Origin: Candidatus Poribacteria bacterium
GTDB taxonomy: Bacteria > Poribacteria > WGA-4E > WGA-3G
DNA: 64,000 nucleotides
Assembly: GCA_965197475.1 (NCBI GenBank)
Contig: CBDANF010000002.1
Location: 1,408,001-1,472,000, forward strand
Direction: 5' to 3'
Shown: positions 47,498-57,082 of the stretch, in pieces
Layout of the letters: every line of letters begins with the position of its first letter
How positions within the stretch are numbered: position 1 is the first letter of the stretch
Position numbers and translations under genes: made by a program
The notes under the pieces: generated by a model
What the model saw: the letters and a program-made list of their open reading frames with translations, nothing else
What the model was told of the DNA's origin: nothing
Databases searched by the model: none

Positions 47498-47617
47498 CAG
47501 GACTTACGCAAATTGAGTAGAAAGAAGGACATATTGGACTTAAAAAGTCGTTATTTCGGTATTTTAACCCCTAATCCCCCTCATCAAGGGGACTTTTGAA
47601 TCTATTGCGTAATCCTA
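47498..47617. mobile_element. MITE (AGGACTTACGCA family)
   Basis: Near-identical to 45765-45884 and sits at the same position in an A 3' end. Confidence 0.75.
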
Positions 47618-47679
47618 ATTTATTATAAAGTGAATTCGATCTATTCCCCGATTCAAATTTAAAATGTGGAGGTTTTTAG

Positions 47680-48405
47680 ATGATTCGCGATATCTTAATC
47701 AACAAATGGTTTCTCGGCGGATGCGGATTCCTGATCCTTCTCTCAATTGGCTGCTACTTCTGGTATCAGAACTATATAGAACCTTACCGCATAGATGCAG
47801 CAGCGTCTGCCGAGATGCTCCGTCAATGGGAACAATACAAAACTGTGAAGAAAAACTTCCGTAAGGAAAACGGCCAGACACCAAAAGAGGGTGAACCGGA
47901 TGTTTCCGATGAAACTGCTAAAGAGAACAACATTATAGCGGAAACAGAGAATGTTCCTGAAGTAGAAAACATTGCGAAAGTTAGTGTATCCCCTCACGGA
48001 TTTGGACCTTATCCTGAATTACCTGAAGAATGGAAAGCAGCAGTTGCAAGACGGGGCGAACCCTTTTTTTGGGACCCCAAAGACCCTAACGGGGAATTGA
48101 TGCTACGCGTGCAGGCAAAACTTTTGCACCAAGGCATACCCGCCGTAGGTTCAATGATGGATAACGATAACGGTTTAGTATACCCGATAATCAAAGGTAT
48201 CCGATATGTTGAATTTGAGTGGTCCGGTTTTCGGAGATATATCACAACCTCAATCGGCACACCTGAGGATGGTAACCGCCTACGCGCCATCAAAAAAGCG
48301 ATAGGGCGGCCTCTAACTGCAGCAGACGTGCCACCAGACATCATACTGGTACCTTACGAAGAAGCAGGAATTGACCCGTATACATTTTTAGATTTACCAA
48401 AATAG
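47680..48405 (+). CDS. Array family A protein A3 (near-identical to A1)
   Basis: Translation equals A1 except residue 9 and the extreme C-terminus. Confidence 0.8.
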   Translation: MIRDILINKWFLGGCGFLILLSIGCYFWYQNYIEPYRIDAAASAEMLRQWEQYKTVKKNFRKENGQTPKEGEPDVSDETAKENNIIAETENVPEVENIAKVSVSPHGFGPYPELPEEWKAAVARRGEPFFWDPKDPNGELMLRVQAKLLHQGIPAVGSMMDNDNGLVYPIIKGIRYVEFEWSGFRRYITTSIGTPEDGNRLRAIKKAIGRPLTAADVPPDIILVPYEEAGIDPYTFLDLPK

Positions 48406-48646
48406 GGAGGAAAAGCATGTTTTACCGTATATTTTGGCTATCACCAGTCAACTATCGGCTTTTTGTTAGCGGTTTTGAGGAATTTTTATAAAAATGAATT
48501 TTTAACTTGATTTTTTTTGGGCATATTTTAGTATAATGTATGAAAATGGTAAGCAAACCTGCATTATAGAAGTTTATACCTGGAAACTCCCTTGTCCGCT
48601 GGACGCAGCGAAATATAAGTACCACCAAGGAATAAGGAGGATGCTC

Positions 48647-49723
48647 ATGAAAAAGCAACTGTATTGGGGATTCGGTATCCTCATTTTATTTTTTAGCGTT
48701 GTCGGTGTTTTCTTGTTGATACCCAAAGACACTGACACCGAACCGGAAAAGGTCTATAAGGCACCATCGGAAGAAGTCAGTGAAAAGGCACAAGAAGCAA
48801 ACACCCCTTCAGATGATATCACACTGCCACCGCGGGCAGTACAACCCTCTGCTGACACCGGCGAACCGTCAGAACAAAAACTTGAAAAAAGGAAATATGC
48901 GACGGAACCATTGGGGTACGAGAAGGAAGGGGTTGAGGGAATGTACATTACACACATCCCACGCGATCCTTCTCGTTTTGCGGACAAACCCCCGCCACCG
49001 TTGCCCCCCTCCTCAGTGCCGGACGACATCCCTGAACACCTCAAACTCCCACCCGAATGGATAGATGGTGTCTATCGCGATATAGAACCACCACCGCCAG
49101 ATGATACATTGACAGACGAAATAAGGAGAAGTATAGGAGAAATTATCCAAGAGGTTGTTCGCAACTACAACCCGAAACGTTCCTACGCTGATATATGGGA
49201 TCAGTTTATTGAATATGAGAAGATGTATCGCGCTTATGCGGAGTACGAACTCGGCTATACACCGCAAAATGCATCAATGACTTGCAACCGAGTTGATTGG
49301 TTATATGAACAGGTATGGGCTTTCCCTGAATTTATGGAATTGGGAAATACGGCAGACACACCACCCCCACCTGGTGAAGAAAGTCGTTTTCTAACAGCTT
49401 ATGACATTGCAATGGGTATAGATCATACGGGCTGGAACCACATCACCCTCAAAGATGGTCGTGATTTTTACATCAAAGGGGAGACACGTTATGAGTTTGT
49501 ATATCAGGGTGTAACTGAAGCAGGGGATGAGTGGAAAAACGTCACAGGGTTTAGCCGAACCCGAGTCACAGAAAGCACACCAGTCATTACGATTGATGTT
49601 TATAATACTTCTGACGAAGAACTTAAAAGGCTCATGGGGTGGGATTACCGCGTCAACCCTATCACCATGAAACCGATGCAAGATAACCTTTACGACTATA
49701 TACTTCATAGGAGGATAGAATGA
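48647..49723 (+). CDS. Array family C membrane-anchored Pro-rich protein C1
   Basis: MKKQLYWGFGILIL TM anchor, AAGGAGG RBS, Pro-rich stalk. Confidence 0.75.
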   Translation: MKKQLYWGFGILILFFSVVGVFLLIPKDTDTEPEKVYKAPSEEVSEKAQEANTPSDDITLPPRAVQPSADTGEPSEQKLEKRKYATEPLGYEKEGVEGMYITHIPRDPSRFADKPPPPLPPSSVPDDIPEHLKLPPEWIDGVYRDIEPPPPDDTLTDEIRRSIGEIIQEVVRNYNPKRSYADIWDQFIEYEKMYRAYAEYELGYTPQNASMTCNRVDWLYEQVWAFPEFMELGNTADTPPPPGEESRFLTAYDIAMGIDHTGWNHITLKDGRDFYIKGETRYEFVYQGVTEAGDEWKNVTGFSRTRVTESTPVITIDVYNTSDEELKRLMGWDYRVNPITMKPMQDNLYDYILHRRIE

Positions 49724-50487
49724 AAAAACTAACATTGTTTGTTTTTGTGTTTACAGTTTCTATCATATCAACAGTTTGTTATTCAGCGGATGCGGATTCC
49801 TGATTGTTTTCGCGTTTGGTTGTTATTTGTGGTATCAGCACGAGCTTGAACCCTACAAACAAGAAGCAGCAGAAGCACACCGGCAGTGGGAAGCATCCCA
49901 AAAAGCGGATGCTAACAGCGACGTGGAACAGGTGGTATCTGATGCACTTGTGGAACGCAGCATGCCAACTGTAGCGAAACCTATAACCGAAACGGTGGAG
50001 AAAAACGTTGTCTTCAGCGATCTCCACGAAAACCTGACAGAACAAATGCAAGAAACGGTAACCACCGAAGATGTGCGGGTTTCTCCTCACGGTTTCGGAC
50101 CGTATCCGAAAACACCAGAAGGTTGGTCCCCCATACCTTGGGAACTCTACAAAGACCCGGACCGTGAATTGATGACACGTGTCAGGATAAAAATCCTTGA
50201 ACAAGGGAAACCCATCAAAGGTGTCACGATGGATAGAGGCAAAGTATATCCCATAATTAGTGGTATCCGCTATATCAAATGGGAAACGGAAATTACACAG
50301 GAAGGCGAAGTGAAGCAGAGAATAACTCGCTCACTTGGAACTATTGAGGATGGCAGACATCTTGCTGCTATCAGAGAAGCGAAAGGGGGGCATTTTGACT
50401 GTGTCTGACGTGCCACCAGACATCATACTGGTACCTTACGAAGAAGCAGGAATTGACCCGTATACATTTTTAGATTTACCAAAATAG
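49720..50487 (+). pseudogene. Signal-peptide stub fused out of frame to family A gene A4, with a G6 frameshift at 50385-50390
   Basis: MKKLTLFVFVFTVSIISTVCYSAD joins A DNA at GCGGAT. Removing one G restores ...GILTVSDVPPDIILVPYEEAGIDPYTFLDLPK. Confidence 0.7.
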
Positions 50488-50714
50488 GGAGGAAAAGCAT
50501 GTTTTACCGTATATTTTGGCTATCACTAGTCAACTATCGGCTTTTTGTTAGCGGTTGTTTGAGGAATTTTTATAAAAAATGAATTTTTAACTTGATTTTT
50601 TTTGCAATTTTGTATAATTGTGTCAAAGTATAGAGAGACACCTATTTACAAAGGTGTCATGACAAAATGTAATGGGAATTTGATCTATTCTCTAATCAAA
50701 TTTGGAGGTATAAG

Positions 50715-51464
50715 ATGTATCGCGATATCTTTACTAATAAATGGATAATCAGAGGTATTGCAACTCTGATAATAGTGGCCTGTGCGTGTTTTTTATGGTA
50801 TAAATACGATACGGCAGCAGACAGAAAAGCGGCAGCCGAAACCGCCGAACTGCTACGTCAATGGGCAGCTAAAAAGTCTACACCTGACGACAAGACAGAA
50901 CAGCCAGCCGCTGCCCCTGTGGAAAACACGGAGAAACTAAGAACCGAAACAACCGGTGCCGTTGTAAAAATAGACACAAGCCTCAATGAAACAACTCAAT
51001 ACGTCCCAGGCGATGTCTTTATCGGCCCCGCACCGCCGACAGAACGGGGTTCTAAAGATGAACTCGTCTCTCCCTACGGTTTCGGACCCTATCCCGAATT
51101 ACCAGAAGGGTTCGGACCCATCACCTGGCCCCGCAGGAGTGCTGAATCTGAATTGAGAACACGTGTTCGGATCAAACTTCTAAAAGAAGGTATCCCTGTC
51201 AAAGGGGCTGTTATGGAAAATGGCTTGGTATACCCCATCATCAAAGGTATCCGCTATGTAAAATGGGGTGAGAGAGCGGGAGGGAGCCGCTATCTCACGC
51301 GATCCCTTGGTCATCCCGATGATGGCGACCGCATGCAGGTGATTGAAGAAGAGAAATATAAACGGAGAGAAAGTTTTACCCAAGCAGACGTGCCAGACAT
51401 CAAGCTGGTCCCTTTTGAAGAGGGAGGCATAGACCCTTATACCTTTCTTGATTTACCCAAATAA
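50715..51464 (+). CDS. Array family A protein A5
   Basis: Divergent anchor MYRDIFTNKWII; VSPYGFGPYPELP and GIDPYTFLDLPK motifs. Confidence 0.8.
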   Translation: MYRDIFTNKWIIRGIATLIIVACACFLWYKYDTAADRKAAAETAELLRQWAAKKSTPDDKTEQPAAAPVENTEKLRTETTGAVVKIDTSLNETTQYVPGDVFIGPAPPTERGSKDELVSPYGFGPYPELPEGFGPITWPRRSAESELRTRVRIKLLKEGIPVKGAVMENGLVYPIIKGIRYVKWGERAGGSRYLTRSLGHPDDGDRMQVIEEEKYKRRESFTQADVPDIKLVPFEEGGIDPYTFLDLPK

Positions 51465-51475
51465 GGAGGAAAAGC

Positions 51476-52362
51476 ATGAAAAAGCATCTGTATTGGGGAC
51501 TCGGTATCCTCATTTTATTACTCGGCGTTGTCGGTGTTTTTTTGTTGATGCCGCAAAATACCGACAACGAGTCGAAACCTGTATTAGGGGAGGCAACCAA
51601 AAAACTGCTAAAAGAAGGCACTGAACAAACCGTGGTTAAACCTCTGCCTGGTGAAACCGAAGCAGGCTTAGAGAGCGTAGGGACACATCCCGTAAAATTA
51701 GAGGACATCTCTATAAACTGGCCAGAAGGGGCAGACTGGCCTGTCAATTGGAAAGTGTTGTACAATAATTTGTCCGAAGAAGAGTTTGCTAAACTTCCTC
51801 AGGCTACAAAAGATGCAGTTAACCGGGCATTTTATGCTGAAATGGGATTAGAACCCCCCCACCCGGATACTATCACCATCGAAACAAAAAGACAGGTAAG
51901 TGGGAGCTCGCCCGAAACAATGTGCCTATCATTGAAGTACGTTGGGAAGAATCTACATACAATCAATTTCACCAACTCACTGACGCAGAATACGAACGGT
52001 ATCACGCGCTTATGTGGATTGCCGATAATCAGGAAGCCGTAGCAAGCTCCGTTGCTTCTGGGCGGCATCCACATCGGATACTTGCTTACCCGCCAGAAGT
52101 CTATGAATTGGCTCAGAAATGGTTAGATGAACTCCACGAAAAAACTTATGGTCCTACCCTTCAAGCCTATGCTAATGTCTATTATGACCGGCCAAAAACG
52201 GCTGCCGATCACGAAATGGTAGATAGGATGATGGACGAGGCAATGAAAACAGCATTGCCCCATCGTCAAAGGTCAACGAGGCCAACTGACGTTGTCGTTG
52301 ACGAAATTCTTAATGAAATCGAGGTTGAACTCGGTATCACAATAAAGCGAAAATCTGAGTGA
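51476..52362 (+). pseudogene. Array family C protein C2, split at a C7 tract (51854-51860)
   Basis: MKKHLYWGLGILIL anchor. One extra C gives GLEPPPPGYYHH...NNVPIIEVRW, joining the two ORFs. Confidence 0.7.
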
Positions 52363-52582
52363 CAAGGATTTCCCGAGAATTAGAAGAGCAAATACGGTCG
52401 CGCGCTAAGCGTTACAATTTGTGTAGGATGATGCTTCCTCAGACGAAAGCATTCGGAAACTAGCATGAAATTCATAGGCATCTACATGAAAATTTATATG
52501 TATCCATCTGAAAGGGAACAATCAGTAGAAATCCTTTTCTGTGGTAACCGGTGCTACTTGTGCCAAGAAAGGAGATATACAA

Positions 52583-53047
52583 ATGAGATTTAAGATATTA
52601 ATGCGAACCCTGTTAATCTTTGTAATAGGACTCCTGACTGTTGTTCATATACATGCTGATCCTCCGTCAGAGGCTGGCGAAAATCCGCCTCAATGGGAAA
52701 AGTGGGGACCTGTTCCCTGGGAATCTCTGAGCCGCAACAGGGAATTGATGACGCGCGTTCGTATCAAACTCTTGAACCAAGGTATACCCGTCGTAGGTTC
52801 AATGATGGATAAAGATTTAGTATACCCGATAATCAAAGGTATCCGATATGTTGAATTTGAGTGGTCCGGTTTTCGGAGATATATCACAACCTCAATCGGC
52901 ACACCTGAGGATGGTAACCGCCTACGCGCCATCAAAAAAGCGATAGGGCGGCCTCTAACTGCAGCAGACGTGCCACCAGACATCATACTGGTACCTTACG
53001 AAGAAGCAGGAATTGACCCGTATACATTTTTAGATTTACCAAAATAG
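52583..53047 (+). CDS. Chimeric A6: signal peptide joined in frame to the A1/A3-type C-terminal domain
   Basis: MRFKILMRTLLIFVIGLLTVVHIHA-D, then LVYPIIKGIRY...LDLPK identical to A3. Confidence 0.7.
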   Translation: MRFKILMRTLLIFVIGLLTVVHIHADPPSEAGENPPQWEKWGPVPWESLSRNRELMTRVRIKLLNQGIPVVGSMMDKDLVYPIIKGIRYVEFEWSGFRRYITTSIGTPEDGNRLRAIKKAIGRPLTAADVPPDIILVPYEEAGIDPYTFLDLPK

Positions 53048-53274
53048 GGAGGAAAAGCATGTTTTACCGTATATTTTGGCTATCACCAGTCAACTATCGG
53101 CTTTTTGTTAGTGGTTGTTTGAGGAATTTTTATAAAAAATGAATTTTTAACTTGATTTTTTTTGCAATTTTGTATAATTGTGTCAAAGTATAGAGAGACA
53201 CCTATTTACAAAGGTGTCATGACAAAATGTAACGGGAATTTGATCTATTCTCTAATCAAATTTGGAGGTATAAG

Positions 53275-54060
53275 ATGATTCGAGATATCCTAACCAACAG
53301 ATGGTTTCTCGGCGGATGCGGATTCCTGATTGTTTTCGCGTTTGGTTGTTATTTGTGGTATCAGCACGAGCTTTCACCTTACAAACAACAAGCAACAGAA
53401 ACACATCAGCAATTGGAAGCATTTCGAAACGATGATAAAGACAGCAGGGTGGAAAAAACAGCTGATGCGGATTCTTCTGAGGAAAGCACATCAATAACAA
53501 CAGAGAAAACTATAGGTGAAACAACCAATACAGTAGTAGATGAAAATGCTTCCTCCGGCAAGACCGATTCCAACTTAACGAGACAAACACAGGAGACCGA
53601 ACCAGTTGATGAACTGCGCATTTCGCGTTTTGGATTCGGTCCGTATCCAGAGGTGCCTGAAGACTTCCCGTACCCCGCTGTTTGGGATGTTCCCTATACG
53701 GGTCCATACGACGAGCGCGCGCAGATCCAGGACGAACTCCTCTGTCGTGTCGGAATCAAGTTGTGGACACAAGGTATCAAAAGTTTCGGTGGCGTTTTTG
53801 GTGATGACGGTTTGGTTTATCCGAATCTCAAAAACACTGTCTATGTTGAATGGGCGTACCGAGGGGCATTCAATAACTTACGTTATCCCAAAAGAATTCG
53901 AGGCGATCCGAGTGCTGGGAGGCGGATAAGAGACATCTCATTCGAAAAACGGGAAAGACGCGAGAGTTTCACCGATGCGGATATCCCTTCAGATATAATA
54001 GTCATCCCTTTTGAAGAAGGGGGTATTGACCCTTATACCTTTCTTGATTTACCAAAATAG
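53275..54060 (+). CDS. Array family A protein A7
   Basis: Anchor plus ISRFGFGPYPEVP and GIDPYTFLDLPK motifs. Confidence 0.8.
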   Translation: MIRDILTNRWFLGGCGFLIVFAFGCYLWYQHELSPYKQQATETHQQLEAFRNDDKDSRVEKTADADSSEESTSITTEKTIGETTNTVVDENASSGKTDSNLTRQTQETEPVDELRISRFGFGPYPEVPEDFPYPAVWDVPYTGPYDERAQIQDELLCRVGIKLWTQGIKSFGGVFGDDGLVYPNLKNTVYVEWAYRGAFNNLRYPKRIRGDPSAGRRIRDISFEKRERRESFTDADIPSDIIVIPFEEGGIDPYTFLDLPK

Positions 54061-54288
54061 GGAGGAAAAGCATGTTTTACCGTATATTTTGGCTATCACC
54101 AGTCAACTATCGGCTTTTTGTTAGCGGTTGTTTGAGGAATTTATATAAAAAATGAATTTTTAACTTGATTTTTTTTTTGCAATTTTGTATAATTGTGTCA
54201 AAGTATAGAGAGAACCTATTTACAAAGGTGTCATGACAAAATGTAACGGGAATTCGATCTATTCTCTAATCAAATTTGGAGGTGTAAA

Positions 54289-55017
54289 ATGATTCGGGAT
54301 ATTCTAATCAACAGATGGTTTCTCGGCGGATGCGGATTCCTGATTGTTTTCGCGTTTGGTTGTTATTTGTGGTATCAGCACGAGCTTGAACCCTACAAAC
54401 AAGAAGCAGCAGAAGCACACCAGCAATTGGAAACATCTCAAAAAGCAGCGGATGCACCACAAACCGATTTTATCAATACCGCGCCTACTAACGGAACGGC
54501 GAATACTACCGACACTGTGTCAGAGAATATAGACAACAGTATGCCCCAAGAGACAGCATCAGTTGAGAAAACAGATAAAGACGTTCCTGTCTCACCTTAC
54601 GGATTCGGACCCTATCCACCTTTACCGCCAGGGTGGAGAGGCACACCTGAGAGAACATGGAATAACCTATCTGCTAATCATGAACTGATAGCACGGGTCC
54701 AGATAAAACTACGCTGGGAAGGTGTAGACGTAAGAGGTGCTGTTACGAAATATGGCAAGGTATACCCAATTATCAAAGGTATTTGCTATGTTCGATGGGA
54801 AACAGAAAACACACCGATGGGTGAATACAGATATATCGCAGGAAGTACCGGCCATCCAGATGATGGTGGCCGCCTACGTGCTATTAAAAAGGCGAAATTC
54901 AACAGAGGCGAAGACGATGATTTAACTGAGGCAGATATACCACCGGATATCAAATTGGTCCCTTACGAAGAAGGGGGCGTTGATCCGTACGAGTTCTTAG
55001 GACTCACACCACCATAA
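54289..55017 (+). CDS. Array family A protein A8
   Basis: Anchor plus VSPYGFGPYP and GVDPYEFLGL motifs. Confidence 0.8.
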   Translation: MIRDILINRWFLGGCGFLIVFAFGCYLWYQHELEPYKQEAAEAHQQLETSQKAADAPQTDFINTAPTNGTANTTDTVSENIDNSMPQETASVEKTDKDVPVSPYGFGPYPPLPPGWRGTPERTWNNLSANHELIARVQIKLRWEGVDVRGAVTKYGKVYPIIKGICYVRWETENTPMGEYRYIAGSTGHPDDGGRLRAIKKAKFNRGEDDDLTEADIPPDIKLVPYEEGGVDPYEFLGLTPP

Positions 55018-55028
55018 GGAGGAAGCAA

Positions 55029-56162
55029 ATGTTTTATCGTATACTTTGGACTTCTATCGTAGGAATGCTAATGATCGCACCACTACATGCAGATTACAAA
55101 ATTGCAAATCTACAAGAAAGTTTTGCCCGGAAGTTTGCAGGAGATAGTCAATCAGAACTATACGCCGAAGCCCATATTGACGTTGATCACGATAAATGGT
55201 CTGAATTGCAAACCAGGGGAACTGCACAGATTACTGGCGGCGCGAACATGCACGATTACTATGGACAGGAACACAACTATGAAAACATTGCGCACGCTTA
55301 TGCTTATGATTTCTCACATGCGGATGCCGATATATGGAATTGCTACAACTGCACACCGAACGATGAATTAGACACACCTTGTTCTAAGTGTGGTGGTATT
55401 GATACACAAGGTGGCATGCCTGTTGATCAACAATCTCCTCTTGAGACTCCTGAAACTCCTGAAACCCCTAACCCGGATGAAGGAGGCACTGAAGAAGGTG
55501 GCGGCACTGGAAACCTTGATGGCGGTACTACCACCCCGACCACCTACCTGGCAGATTCATCTACCAGGACCTTAGCCCCTGCCAGTGGGTCAAATACTTA
55601 CGCCACGGCAGGGTCAACACACGAGGCGAGTCTAACAAGTAGCGTGGCTTATGACTCGGTTGTTTGGCAGGTTAGGACACCCAGCAATACCAGTCATCTT
55701 GTCCCAACTGTTGAGACGGACACCGGCGATGGCACCGCAACCGATGCATCGATGAGTTATACTTTCTCGGCAGGTGTAACCGGTACCTACACGATTATGG
55801 CTTATGTATGGTATTCAGATTTGTCGGCGCGTGCAATGTCCTACGATGTCACAGTCACACTCAGTCCGGGTTTACGCCCGATCAATGGTTCAAGTTACTA
55901 TGCGAATAGTGGTGATACGTACGAGATGGGACTTGTGACGGACGCTCCCTATTCTCAGGTTCAATGGTATGTGAAACCCCCTGGGGATACGAGCACTGAT
56001 GGCACAAATGTTGAAACTGACACAGTTACGGGCACAACGACTGAAGCGGAGCTTAGCTACACGCTTCCAACAGGGACCCCTGGAAACCGCCGGATTACGG
56101 CGCATATTTTCAGGGCAGATGGAACTAATTATAAAGTCACCTACGATGTTTATGTTTATTGA
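55029..56162 (+). CDS. Array family B secreted protein B2 (intact): variable N-domain, CxxC...CxxC, linker, two Ig-like repeats
   Basis: Signal peptide MFYRILWTSIVG..PLHA-D, CYNC and CSKC motifs, two repeats of about 105 aa with V.W.V..P...VETD..TGT.T.A..SYT. Confidence 0.75.
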   Translation: MFYRILWTSIVGMLMIAPLHADYKIANLQESFARKFAGDSQSELYAEAHIDVDHDKWSELQTRGTAQITGGANMHDYYGQEHNYENIAHAYAYDFSHADADIWNCYNCTPNDELDTPCSKCGGIDTQGGMPVDQQSPLETPETPETPNPDEGGTEEGGGTGNLDGGTTTPTTYLADSSTRTLAPASGSNTYATAGSTHEASLTSSVAYDSVVWQVRTPSNTSHLVPTVETDTGDGTATDASMSYTFSAGVTGTYTIMAYVWYSDLSARAMSYDVTVTLSPGLRPINGSSYYANSGDTYEMGLVTDAPYSQVQWYVKPPGDTSTDGTNVETDTVTGTTTEAELSYTLPTGTPGNRRITAHIFRADGTNYKVTYDVYVY

Positions 56163-56180
56163 CATAATCACAATCTCAGA

Positions 56181-56222
56181 ACAGGCAGGTAACCGCAGCG
56201 TTGCCTGCCTGTTTTTTATTTT
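56181..56222 (+). terminator. Intrinsic terminator closing the array
   Basis: ACAGGCAGGTAAC-cgcagc-GTTGCCTGCCTGT followed by a T-run. Confidence 0.8.
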
Positions 56223-56320
56223 CACTACTTTTTTAATATTTAATGTGTTAAAATAGTAAAGAAAAGATACGTAACTTTACGATTTATTCTGAATTTAAAT
56301 GCTAACAGCAAGGAATTCTG

Positions 56321-57013
56321 ATGGAAGCAAAAATATTAATTGTAGAGGATGAACGTGATATTGTAGAGTTGCTGAGATATAATCTACGGCAGGAAAATTT
56401 TAAAGTTGATACTGTTCAGAATGGTGCTGACGCGTTACAACGCGCAGTAGATAATCCCCCCGACCTCATTTTGTTAGACCTCATGCTACCAGAGGTGGAC
56501 GGCTTAATTGTCTGTCGACTTTTAAAAAATGATCCACGTACAAAAAAAATCCCTATCGTGATGCTAACCGCAAAAACTGAAGAAAGCGACCGCGTGACTG
56601 GACTTGAGTTGGGAGCTGATGATTATATCACAAAACCTTTTAGTCCGCGCGAGGTTGTTTTACGCATCAATGCTGTCCTACGTAGACTCAATGCCAGTCA
56701 TCAGGCTGAAGAGGAAAATCAAATCCAAACACACGGTGTGATAATTGATTTGGATCGACATCAAGTATTGACCGAAGATGGCGCAATTGATCTCACAGCG
56801 ACTGAGTTTAAACTTATCACGTTATTTGCACGTTCACCCGGACGCGTCTTCTCTCGTGATATTCTGATGGATGTTATTTGGGGACAGGAATACTATGGGA
56901 TTGATAGGACAGTTGATACACACGTTAGCCGTCTCAGACGCAAACTCGGAAATTTAGGGGCGCAGATTGAGACTGTGTATGGTGTTGGATATCGACTTAA
57001 GGAAAAGAAATAA
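56321..57013 (+). CDS. OmpR/PhoB-family response regulator
   Basis: ILIVEDE, LLDLMLP, GADDYITKPF and RTVDTHVSRLRRKL motifs. Confidence 0.95.
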   Translation: MEAKILIVEDERDIVELLRYNLRQENFKVDTVQNGADALQRAVDNPPDLILLDLMLPEVDGLIVCRLLKNDPRTKKIPIVMLTAKTEESDRVTGLELGADDYITKPFSPREVVLRINAVLRRLNASHQAEEENQIQTHGVIIDLDRHQVLTEDGAIDLTATEFKLITLFARSPGRVFSRDILMDVIWGQEYYGIDRTVDTHVSRLRRKLGNLGAQIETVYGVGYRLKEKK

Positions 57014-57082
57014 CTTCCTTACTGTCGTAATACCACAGTTGATAAGCATAAAAAAACATTTCTGAAGAAACGGAGCCAATTA

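Noticed and set aside
53216-53233. Pho box (TGTCAT...TGTAAC) in the array leader
   Set aside because: Half-sites are 13 bp apart instead of the 11-bp period.
44868-56222. Integron cassette array, shufflon or DGR
   Set aside because: No integrase, invertase or reverse transcriptase in the window, no attC-like GTTRRRY structure recognised, all genes are co-oriented, and variation is block-wise rather than adenine-specific.
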